Below are positions 8,637-16,957 of a stretch of 64,000 nucleotides of DNA, one piece after another. Location of the stretch: NCBI GenBank assembly GCA_027064305.1, contig JAMOPY010000023.1:20622-84621 (forward strand). Reading direction: 5' to 3'. The notes under the pieces were generated by a model, which saw nothing but the letters and a program-made list of their open reading frames with translations, was not told the DNA's origin and made no database searches. Each line of letters opens with the position of its first letter. Positions within the stretch are counted from its first letter, which is position 1. The DNA is from Methanobacteriota archaeon (GTDB taxonomy: Archaea > JAADCQ01 > Methanopyri > Methanopyrales > Methanopyraceae). Position numbers and translations under genes: made by a program.

Positions 8637-10089
8637 CGCCCACCACCCCCATCTCCCGCAGGATCCTCCGGGCCGGCTCCATCCCCTGCGCCCCACCCAG
8701 CAGCACGACCGTGTCCTCATCACTGAGCTCCAGCGCCCGCTCCAACGCCTCCTCCAACCGCTCGAAGTGCTCCCAGCTCACCCCACCGCGCCGCAGCTCC
8801 TCCAGGAACGCCTCCCGCTCCTCCTCCCGCACCACGTTCGCCTCGTCCACCAGGCCCTTCGAATCCGTGACCAGGATGCGCACCTCCATCCCCTCCCGCT
8901 CCAGCTCCCGGGCCCCCTCCACCAGCGCCCGCGCGATCTCCCGGTTGATCTCCGTCCCGCGCGACCCTCGGATGGCGAAGACGATCACGGCCCGGCCCTT
9001 ACCCAGCCTCCTCAACGCTCGCACCGTCGCCAGGACGCCGTCCGGGTTGTGACAGAAGTCGTCCACGATCAGCGGGTCCTCCGACAACCGCTCGAACCGG
9101 CGCTTCAGCGGCCGGTACGTGCGCAGCCCCTCCGCGACGTCCTCCTCCCCCACGCCCAGTGCGTGGGCGGCCGCGGTCGCGGCGAGCGCGTTGTACAGGA
9201 AGTGATCCACCGGCAGCGGGAACTCCCGAACGGGGATCAACGGCTCGTCCTCCAGCAGGATCCACTCCTCCCCGTCCACCTCGCTGATCCGGGCGACGCC
9301 CTCCTCCCACCCGTACCACACCACGTCCGGCGCGAGCGAGGCCATCTTCGCCACGCGCTCATCGTCCGCGTTCAGCACCGCGACCCCGTCCTCCAGCGCC
9401 CGCACCACCCCGGAGACGGCCTCCGCCATCTCCTCCAGCGAGGAGACCAGGTTCGTGTGATCCACGCCCACGTTCGTCACCACGGCCACCTCGCAGCCCA
9501 GCGCCCGGGCCATCCGGTACGCGTGATCCTCCATGACCCGGCCGGTCGGCAGGCCCTGCACCTCCGAGACCTCCACGCACAGGGCGTCCCGCGGCCGGGC
9601 CTCGCGGAGCTCCATCGCCACGACGGGATCGATGAGCGTGTTCTTCTCCGACCGGAAGTCCGTGTTGCAGTACACGTCCCGGCCCGCGACCCGCAGGATG
9701 TGCGCCAGCAGGTGGTTGGTGGTGGACTTCCCGTTCGTCCCCGTCACGCACACGGTGACGGCGTCGGCCGCGTACCTCCGCTTCGCCAGCCGCAGCGCGT
9801 ACTCGTTCGCCCGATCCACCTCCGTCAGCACGAGCGGCAGGTCGCGGCGCCGGCACTCCTCCCGGAGCCGCCCCCGGGGCTCCTCGGTGACCAGGCACGC
9901 CACGCCGCGCTCGTCCGCCAGCTCCGCCCCGCGCTCGTCGAGCCACCACCGGATCACCACGTCCCCCTCGCCCGCCCGGCCGAGCGTGGAGAACCAGCCG
10001 CGGATCCTCCGCTCGGGGTCCCCGACGACCAGCCTCCCGTCCACCCGCTCGGCCAGCTCCCCCACGGTGAGGTCCAGCAGCGCGATCAC
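8611..10089 (-). CDS. Pseudomurein Mur-family peptide ligase (MurE/MurF-like)
   Basis: MurE/F-type N-domain, VTGTNGKSTT P-loop, TNVGVDH, LNADD, NALAA and DDFCHNPDG. Confidence 0.92.
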   Translation of the reverse strand: MIALLDLTVGELAERVDGRLVVGDPERRIRGWFSTLGRAGEGDVVIRWWLDERGAELADERGVACLVTEEPRGRLREECRRRDLPLVLTEVDRANEYALRLAKRRYAADAVTVCVTGTNGKSTTNHLLAHILRVAGRDVYCNTDFRSEKNTLIDPVVAMELREARPRDALCVEVSEVQGLPTGRVMEDHAYRMARALGCEVAVVTNVGVDHTNLVSSLEEMAEAVSGVVRALEDGVAVLNADDERVAKMASLAPDVVWYGWEEGVARISEVDGEEWILLEDEPLIPVREFPLPVDHFLYNALAATAAAHALGVGEEDVAEGLRTYRPLKRRFERLSEDPLIVDDFCHNPDGVLATVRALRRLGKGRAVIVFAIRGSRGTEINREIARALVEGARELEREGMEVRILVTDSKGLVDEANVVREEEREAFLEELRRGGVSWEHFERLEEALERALELSDEDTVVLLGGAQGMEPARRILREMGVVGDDSQGVEA

Positions 10090-11153
10090 CCCGCGAGCCA
10101 GAGGGCGATGCCCGCGCAGACGGCGCCGGCCATCCAGTGCAGCGCCACCACGACCGGCTCGGGCAGGTCGTACTTGTACTGGAGGTGGTGATGCAGCGGC
10201 TCCACCGCGAGCTTGATCACGCCCGCCCGGTGCAGGAGGCTGATGATCGTGGACCCGACGGGCACGCCCAGGGCGACGACGGCGGGCACCTCGATCTTGT
10301 AGTACAAGGCACCGGCCGCGTACGCGGCCCCCAGGAAGCAGCTGCCCGTGTCACCCATGAAGATCTTGGCCGGGTACCGGTTGTGGAACAGGAAGCCCAG
10401 GGAGGCGCCGGCGAGCGACGCGAAGAACGCGGCCCCGGGGAGCTGGTTGTGGACCAAGCACACCCCGGAGCACGCCAGAGAGGCGAGGAACAGCAGCCCC
10501 GCGGCCAGCCCGTCCATCCCGTCGATCAGGTTCACCGCGTTGGTGGCCCCGACCACGCCGAAGATCGCCAGCGGGTAGAACAGCCAGGACAGGTCGATCG
10601 CGCCGAGGTGCGGGAACCAGAGCCACGTGGCGGGCACGATGGGGAGCACGAACAGGGCGGCCCCGGCCTGCAGCGCCAGCTTCTCCCGCTCGCTCAGCTC
10701 CTTCTTGACCGGGACCTCACCCACGATCTCGATCTTGTCCGGGGCCTCCCGCATCAGCCGCTTCAGGTCCCGCTTGGCCCGCTCCGTGGCCACGCGCGCC
10801 TCCTCACCGGGCTGCAGCACGAGCCGACCGATCCGGATCGGCTCATCGGAAACGTTCTTCACCACCTTCTGAAACTCCTTCACCTGCAGCCCGAGCAGGT
10901 CGTCCACCACGCCCAGCACCAGCATCGGGAGCGCCGAGGCGACCGGAGGGAGCGCCTGGATCGACACCAGGAGCGGCCCCGCGACCGTGCCCAGCAGGAT
11001 CCCGAACCCTCCCATGATCGGCGTGCCGGCCTTGTGCGAGTGCTCCGTGACGATCGGACGGTCCACCACCCTGGCCTCCCGCATGTACCGGCGAAGCAGC
11101 CGCACGGTGACCCAGGACGTCACCGTGGAGATCGAGAACGTCTCCACGATCAA
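10086..11153 (-). CDS. mraY: MraY-like polyprenyl-phosphate phosphotransferase (GT4/PNPT family)
   Basis: HKAGTPIMGG, GVVDD, NAVNLIDGMDGLA, N.YPAKIFMGDTGS and PLHHH. Confidence 0.92.
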   Translation of the reverse strand: MIVETFSISTVTSWVTVRLLRRYMREARVVDRPIVTEHSHKAGTPIMGGFGILLGTVAGPLLVSIQALPPVASALPMLVLGVVDDLLGLQVKEFQKVVKNVSDEPIRIGRLVLQPGEEARVATERAKRDLKRLMREAPDKIEIVGEVPVKKELSEREKLALQAGAALFVLPIVPATWLWFPHLGAIDLSWLFYPLAIFGVVGATNAVNLIDGMDGLAAGLLFLASLACSGVCLVHNQLPGAAFFASLAGASLGFLFHNRYPAKIFMGDTGSCFLGAAYAAGALYYKIEVPAVVALGVPVGSTIISLLHRAGVIKLAVEPLHHHLQYKYDLPEPVVVALHWMAGAVCAGIALWLAG

Positions 11154-11169
11154 CGCGCTCCTCCCCGCC

Positions 11170-12309
11170 CTACAGGAACTTGCCGGCCTCCCTGATCCTC
11201 AACTCAAACTCCTTCTCCGCCAGCCGCACGTTCGCGCCCGCCGCCCGGAAGGCCGACCGCAGCCTCTCGAACGCCTCCTTAAACGATTCACCCCGGACGG
11301 TGATCCTCCCGGCCACGTCCATCCGGCCCCGGTACTCGTAGAACACGTGGTACGCTCCCCCGTCGAACCGCTCCCTAAGGGGCTCCCGACGGGACGCGTT
11401 CCACACCGGACACTCGATCGCGTGCCAGACCTTCCTGACCCGGGGCGGCCGCCAGCGCCCCACCACCATGTCCACGAGCTCCCGCAGCGGCCAGACTCCG
11501 GAACAGCCCGAGGTCATGTACCGCGTGCCGCTGGGCCGCGGGTTGAACTCCAGGAACCAGAACTCATCCTCCCGCACCACCACGTCGAAGTCGACCGTCC
11601 CCTCCAGCCCCAACCGCTTCACGAGCCGAACCGCGCAGCGCTTGATCCCCCGCTCCACCGACCCGTCCAGCGGGGCCGGCGCCAGCCGCATCCGCTCGAT
11701 CGGGTGATCCTCGTCCAGCGTCGAACCCTTGAACACCGGCACGAGCGGCACGACCTCCCCGTCCCAGGACAGCACCTCGATCGACACCTCCGCCCCCTCG
11801 ACGAACTCCTCCACCAGCCGCCTCCCGTGCACCCGGGGCACCGACCGCTCGTACACGTTCACGTTGATCCCGGCCTGCGACCTCGGATCCTTCACCACGA
11901 GCGGCGGGCGCAGCCGGGGCCGCTCATCCTCCACCACCTCCCACTCCGGCGTCGGGATGTTCAGCTCCTCGAACGCCCGCTTCGCCCGGATCTTGTCCAC
12001 CCCGGTCCGCGTCCCCTCCAACCCCGAGGCGGCGACGGGGATCCCCTCCGACTCCAGCCGCTCCTTCATTTCCGCCACCTCAAGCAGCGGATCGTCCACG
12101 CCGATGAGCGGGACCACCCCGTCCACCTCCCGCTCGAGCGCGATCCGCGCCGGGTGCTCCATGCCCCGGGGCACGAAGTGCACCTCGTCCGCCAGCTCCC
12201 AGTCCCAACTCTCCGGGTTCGACTCGGTCAGGATCCGGTACACCCCGGTGGACCCGGCGTACTCCGCCACGTCCCGGAACAGCCGGGCCCCCACGAACAG
12301 GACCCTCAA
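11170..12309 (-). CDS. ATP-grasp ligase (CarB/Ddl-related) of the pseudomurein cluster
   Basis: DKIRAK..F...IPTP, PLVVKD...QAG, LVEEFVEGAEVSIE and FLEFNPRPSGT; TTG start overlaps the upstream TGA. Confidence 0.88.
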   Translation of the reverse strand: MRVLFVGARLFRDVAEYAGSTGVYRILTESNPESWDWELADEVHFVPRGMEHPARIALEREVDGVVPLIGVDDPLLEVAEMKERLESEGIPVAASGLEGTRTGVDKIRAKRAFEELNIPTPEWEVVEDERPRLRPPLVVKDPRSQAGINVNVYERSVPRVHGRRLVEEFVEGAEVSIEVLSWDGEVVPLVPVFKGSTLDEDHPIERMRLAPAPLDGSVERGIKRCAVRLVKRLGLEGTVDFDVVVREDEFWFLEFNPRPSGTRYMTSGCSGVWPLRELVDMVVGRWRPPRVRKVWHAIECPVWNASRREPLRERFDGGAYHVFYEYRGRMDVAGRITVRGESFKEAFERLRSAFRAAGANVRLAEKEFELRIREAGKFL

Positions 12310-13844
12310 CCCTCCTCCCCCAGCTCCTCCTCGAGCTCCCTCAGCACGTCCTCCTTGAACTTCAGCGCCGCCTCCCCGAACACCACGATCACCTCGCACC
12401 CCGACTCCAACGCCGCCCGCAGCCCGTCCAGCACCTGCTCCCGGGAGGCGCCCAGCGTCCCCCGCTTCTCGAACCGCTCCGCGGCGCTCTCCGCCGCCAC
12501 CACGTTGTCCGCCCCCACCTCCTCGAGCACCCGGTAGCACGCGTGCGAGGCCGCGATCACCCGGTCCGCGATCCGGGCCGCCCGCTCCAGGATCTCACGA
12601 TCCCCCTCCGGGCCCAGCTCCGAGGCCACCGCGATGACCGCGCACAGGCGCCGGTCCGGGTACGCCTGCCTCAGGCACCGCAGGGTCGCCTCCACGCCCG
12701 CCGGGTTGTGACCGTAGTCGACGATCACCACCCGCTCCCCATCGTCCCACACGACGTCGAGCCGACCCTCCACCCCCTCGAACGAGCCGAGGGCCCGCGC
12801 CACCTCCTCCGGGTCCAGGTCCAGGAACTCGATGCAGACGGCCGCGGCCGCCACGGCGTTGTACACGTTATGCAGCCCCATCACGGGCAGGCCAACCTCG
12901 AACTCACCCTCCGGGCAGGCCAGCGTGAACCCGTCCAGAGAGACGTCCACGGCCAGGTAGTCCGGGGACGGCGTCTCCAACCCGCACTCGCACCGGAAGT
13001 CGCCCACCCACGGAAGGATCTCCCTCACCTCCGCCCGCCCACCGCACCAGCACTCCTTCTCCACGGTCCCCACGGGCTCCGCCTCCACCCCGAAGTAAAC
13101 GACCTCCCCCTCGAACCCCACCTCCTCCGGCGCGCCCACCACCAGCGGATCCTGCGCGTTCAGCACGGCCACCTCCACCGAGTCCGGCTCGAGCAGCTCG
13201 ATCTCGCACCGCGCGTACGTCCGGAAGTCCCCGGCCTTGTTCAGGTGATCCGGCGTGATGTTCGTCAGGCACGCGCACTCCACCTCCGCCCACCTCGCCG
13301 CCTCCAGGATCTCCCCCCGCTCCCCGAACGTCGCGATCTCCAGCACGCTCACGTCACCCGGCAACCGCGCCTGCAGCGGGGGCAGGTACCCCACGTTCCC
13401 CTGCATCCCCGGCAGCCCGTGATCCCGCACCTCCAGCCCCAGCTCCCGGCACACGTGCCGTATCATCGCCACGGTCGTCGTCTTCCCGTTCGTACCCCCC
13501 ACGCCCACCACCGGCCGGGTGGGGGGAATCCGCTCGAGCACGTCCTCCACCTCGTACACCCGGCACCCGTACCGACGGGCCAGCCGGTACGGAGGTGACC
13601 CCTCCTCCAGGCTGGGCGGCGGGACCACCGCGTCCGCCCGCCGAAACAGCCACTCCGGGTGGCCCCCCAGCACGACCTCCACGTTCGGGTACTCCAGCAG
13701 CGGGTCCAGCAGCTCGCACTCCTCCTCGTCCTTCACGTCCGAGGCGATCACGTGGTAGTCCCGCTCCGCGAGCACCCGGGCCACCAGGTTGCACACGGGC
13801 CCGCACACGCCGATCACCAGCACCGTGCGCCCCTGCACGCGCAT
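12306..13844 (-). CDS. Pseudomurein Mur-family peptide ligase (MurC/MurD-like, with CxC..CxC Zn insert)
   Basis: Rossmann-like N-domain VLVIGVCG, GVGGTNGKTTT, TNITPDHL, CWCG/CECG, GLHNVYNA, GRL and DYGHNP. Confidence 0.92.
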   Translation of the reverse strand: MRVQGRTVLVIGVCGPVCNLVARVLAERDYHVIASDVKDEEECELLDPLLEYPNVEVVLGGHPEWLFRRADAVVPPPSLEEGSPPYRLARRYGCRVYEVEDVLERIPPTRPVVGVGGTNGKTTTVAMIRHVCRELGLEVRDHGLPGMQGNVGYLPPLQARLPGDVSVLEIATFGERGEILEAARWAEVECACLTNITPDHLNKAGDFRTYARCEIELLEPDSVEVAVLNAQDPLVVGAPEEVGFEGEVVYFGVEAEPVGTVEKECWCGGRAEVREILPWVGDFRCECGLETPSPDYLAVDVSLDGFTLACPEGEFEVGLPVMGLHNVYNAVAAAAVCIEFLDLDPEEVARALGSFEGVEGRLDVVWDDGERVVIVDYGHNPAGVEATLRCLRQAYPDRRLCAVIAVASELGPEGDREILERAARIADRVIAASHACYRVLEEVGADNVVAAESAAERFEKRGTLGASREQVLDGLRAALESGCEVIVVFGEAALKFKEDVLRELEEELGEEG

Positions 13845-13849
13845 CCCCC

Positions 13850-14869
13850 TCAGACCCGCGTCCCCGGGATCCTCCGACCGTACTCCCGCAACAGTTCCCG
13901 CATCAACGCCCGCGTCCCCTCCAGGAGCCTCCGGGCCGTCCCCTCGTCCCGCTCCACGGCGAGCCGGGGCAGGTGCTCGTACCCTAAATCGTCGACCCGA
14001 TCGTCGATCTCGGAGTACTCGTAAAGCACCGCGTGCAGCTGCGCGAACCGCTCCGTCCGCACGATCCGGTTCAACGTCCCGCTCAGGTACGACCGCAGCG
14101 CCCGCTCCAGGAACATCAGCAGCCGGTACGTGAGGTCGCGCACGATCTCTTCCTCGTCCCTCGGACCCTCCGGCACCCCACCCTCGAACACCCGGTGCAG
14201 CTCCAATCCCAGCCGCTCCTCCACCTCTCCCGCGTCCCACTCCGGGGTCTCCGTCTCGATCAGGTACTCCAGGCACGCCCGCGGCGAGGCCACTCGCTCC
14301 ACCATCAGCGAGCAGGCGCGGCCCGTGAGCGGGTTGTACCCGACCCGCTCGATGAACCGGTGCACCCCGTAGGGTCGGATGGGGCACGTGTACCCCTCGT
14401 CGAACCAGCCCAGGCCCGAGACGATCTCGCCCACGTCCTCCCACGTCCACCGGCGCAGCGCCGGGTACCGGACCATCGTCACCCCGGGCGGGTACGGGTG
14501 CGCCACCCGCCGCCCGTACTTCCCCTTCAGCTCGTGGCCCGTGAGGACCGTGAGCAGCCCCAGTCGCTTGGCCCGCAGGCAGGCGGCGGTCAGCACCGTC
14601 CGGGCGCACTTGGTGCAGATGGGCAGGCCGCGGCGCAGGGCGCGGCGGAACCACCCCCGCAGGCGCACCCGAACGAGCTCGTGCCTCAGCCCCAGCCGCT
14701 CCGCGCACCGACGGGCGTTCTCCAGGCACGTCCCGTCCAGGAACTCGTGCACGACCGTGACCGCCGCCTCCACCCGCCAGCGCTCGGACGCGTGCAGGGC
14801 CGTGGCCACGCTGTCCCGACCGCCGGAGAGGGCCACGCACGCCGGGTTGCTGGGATCAGTCGTGCGCAT
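13850..14869 (-). CDS. PP-loop (N-type) ATP pyrophosphatase family protein
   Basis: VALSGGRDS PP-loop, PICTKC, LTGHE and TCP. Confidence 0.8.
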   Translation of the reverse strand: MRTTDPSNPACVALSGGRDSVATALHASERWRVEAAVTVVHEFLDGTCLENARRCAERLGLRHELVRVRLRGWFRRALRRGLPICTKCARTVLTAACLRAKRLGLLTVLTGHELKGKYGRRVAHPYPPGVTMVRYPALRRWTWEDVGEIVSGLGWFDEGYTCPIRPYGVHRFIERVGYNPLTGRACSLMVERVASPRACLEYLIETETPEWDAGEVEERLGLELHRVFEGGVPEGPRDEEEIVRDLTYRLLMFLERALRSYLSGTLNRIVRTERFAQLHAVLYEYSEIDDRVDDLGYEHLPRLAVERDEGTARRLLEGTRALMRELLREYGRRIPGTRV

Positions 14870-16580
14870 ACACGGCCCTCACACCGCTCGGTCGACACTC
14901 CTCGATCCGGGCGAAGTACAGCCGCTCGAACTGCACGGTGCGTCCCGGCTCCTCCCGCTCCACGTTCGCCTCCACGTAGCCCTCGTCCACCGACCCGTCC
15001 GGCCGTAGCACCCGGCACGGGATCGCCTGGTCCGTCGGCACCCAGTGCACGATCCGGGCCCCCTCACGCCGCGCGGCCCGGTAGTCCTCCCCCTCGTACC
15101 GGCCCCGCACGACGCCCTCACCCACCTCCTCGACCCTCACGTTCACCGCGTTCATCAGCCGGATCAGCTCACCCTCCTCCAGCGCCTCCCCGTCCTCCCG
15201 ATCCAGCCAGACCCGGCAGCCGCCGTCCTCCGGGTGCAGCACGAGCGCCCGCTCGCCCCGGTCCTCGTCCGGGTGCAGCGGCAGCGTGGCCGCGAACGGC
15301 TCCTCCAGGCCCTCGATCCACAGCTCCACCGGGTCCCGGACGAGGAAGTACCGGTTGGACTTCGGATCGATCAGGCGCCGGTTGCGCGCGTACAGCTGCT
15401 CCCAGCTGAAGGTCGCGTCCACCTCCGTCAGCCCGATCTCCAGGATCGTCTCCCGGAGCGCCTCGGGCTCGATCCCCCGCCGCCGCAGCGCGCGCAGCGT
15501 CGCCGTCCGCACGTCGTCCCAGCCCGTGAGCTCGCCGGACTCGATCCCCTCCCGGATCCTGGACGTGCTCAGCACGGTCCCCTCCACCTTCAGGATCCCG
15601 TAGTGCACGTACTCCGGCGGCTCCCAGTCCAGGTGCCGGAACACGAACTCCTGCCGGCGCGTGTTCGACTCGTGATCCTTCCCGCGCAGGACGTGCGTGA
15701 CCTCCATGAAGTGATCGTCCACGGCCACGGCGAAGTTCATTGTCGGCCAGACGAGGTACCGGTCGCCCACCATCGGGTGCTCCCGCTCCACGATCCGGAA
15801 CGCGACCCACTCCCGCGCGGCCGGGTCCGGGTGGTCCACCCGCGTCTTCACCCGAACGACCGCCTCCCCCTCCGAGAACGCCCCGTCCAGCATCTCCTCC
15901 CACAGCTCCAGGTTCTCCTCCGGATCCCGGGACCGGCACGGGCAGGCCTGGCCCCGATCCCGCAGCCGCCGAAACTCGTCCGCGTCGCACGTGCAGACGT
16001 ACGCCCCGCCCCGCTCCAGCAGCTCCTCCGCCACCCGGTAGTACAGCTCCATCCGGTTCGACTGCACGTACCGCTCGTCCACCCGCACGCCCAGCCACTC
16101 CAGGTCCTCCTCGATCATGTCGTACGCCTCCGGGTCCACCCGCCGCGGGTCCGTGTCCTCGAAGCGCAGGATCAGCGCGCCGTCGTACCGGCGGGCGTAC
16201 TCGTCGTTGAGCACCGCCGCCCGCGCGTGACCCAGGTGCAGCGGGCCCGACGGGTTGGGGGCGAACCGCAGCCGAACCTCGCCCTCCCGGGCGCCGGGCA
16301 GCGGCTTCAGGCCGCCCTCCTCCTCCGACCGCTCCTCCTCCACCCCGCCCAGCTCCTCCAGCTCCCGCCGGATCTCCTCCAGGGACATCCGGTTGACCTC
16401 CTCGACCACCTCCCGGACGAGCCGGAGCACCTCCTTGGCCCGATCCCGGTACTCCTCGTGCTCCCGCATCACCTTCTTCATGACCGCGTTCGGGTTCGCC
16501 CGGCCGTCGTACTTGGCCGCGTTCTCCAGCGCGTACCGGCGGATCACCTCCCTCAACTCCTCCAGCTCGCTCACGGGCAC
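14856..16580 (-). CDS. gltX: Glutamate--tRNA ligase
   Basis: RFAPNPSGPLHLGH, LRFEDTDP, THVLRGKDH and LSTS; archaeal N-terminus YALENAAKYDGRAN. Confidence 0.97.
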   Translation of the reverse strand: MPVSELEELREVIRRYALENAAKYDGRANPNAVMKKVMREHEEYRDRAKEVLRLVREVVEEVNRMSLEEIRRELEELGGVEEERSEEEGGLKPLPGAREGEVRLRFAPNPSGPLHLGHARAAVLNDEYARRYDGALILRFEDTDPRRVDPEAYDMIEEDLEWLGVRVDERYVQSNRMELYYRVAEELLERGGAYVCTCDADEFRRLRDRGQACPCRSRDPEENLELWEEMLDGAFSEGEAVVRVKTRVDHPDPAAREWVAFRIVEREHPMVGDRYLVWPTMNFAVAVDDHFMEVTHVLRGKDHESNTRRQEFVFRHLDWEPPEYVHYGILKVEGTVLSTSRIREGIESGELTGWDDVRTATLRALRRRGIEPEALRETILEIGLTEVDATFSWEQLYARNRRLIDPKSNRYFLVRDPVELWIEGLEEPFAATLPLHPDEDRGERALVLHPEDGGCRVWLDREDGEALEEGELIRLMNAVNVRVEEVGEGVVRGRYEGEDYRAARREGARIVHWVPTDQAIPCRVLRPDGSVDEGYVEANVEREEPGRTVQFERLYFARIEECRPSGVRAVYAHD

Positions 16581-16624
16581 CCTCCCCGTCGCCTCCCTCT
16601 CCGGACAAGCAGCGGTGATCGTGA

Positions 16625-16736
16625 GGGACGGGGGTGTCCCCCGCCCTCCGGTCCCGGGCTCATTGAACGGCGACGGCCGCCTCACCCGGGGGACCCAGAC
16701 GGGGGTCATCCTTTTGGAGGATCTGACCCCCGTCCC
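16625..16736 (-). other. Structured element (gltX leader or sRNA) with two alternative 11-bp helices
   Basis: Segment 16724-16736 is complementary to both 16698-16708 and 16625-16635. Confidence 0.45.
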
Positions 16737-16784
16737 GCCGCCCCGGGCGGGGTTTAAGTAGTTCCCCGGAGCCCGGCCCGCGGA

Positions 16785-16798
16785 GAAAGGTTTTTATA
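16785..16798 (+). promoter_or_regulatory. BRE/TATA promoter of tRNA-Lys
   Basis: GAAAGG-TTTTTATA about 30 bp upstream of the tRNA 5' end. Confidence 0.8.
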
Positions 16799-16828
16799 CG
16801 ACGCGGCGCCCCCGCGTGAACGGACGCC

Positions 16829-16906
16829 GGGCCGGCAGCTCAGTCTGGCTAGAGCGCGGGACTTTTAATCCCGTGGTCCCGGGTTCAAATCCCGGCCGGC
16901 CCACCA
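16829..16906 (+). tRNA. tRNA-Lys(UUU), CCA encoded, C at position 8
   Basis: GGGCCGG/CCGGCCC acceptor stem, CGGGA-CT TTT AA-TCCCG anticodon arm, CCGGG-TTCAAAT-CCCGG T arm and ACCA end. Confidence 0.97.
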
Positions 16907-16957
16907 CCGGAAATCGTTACGAAGTTCGTAACGTTCCGCCCCGAGACGGGGCGAGGC

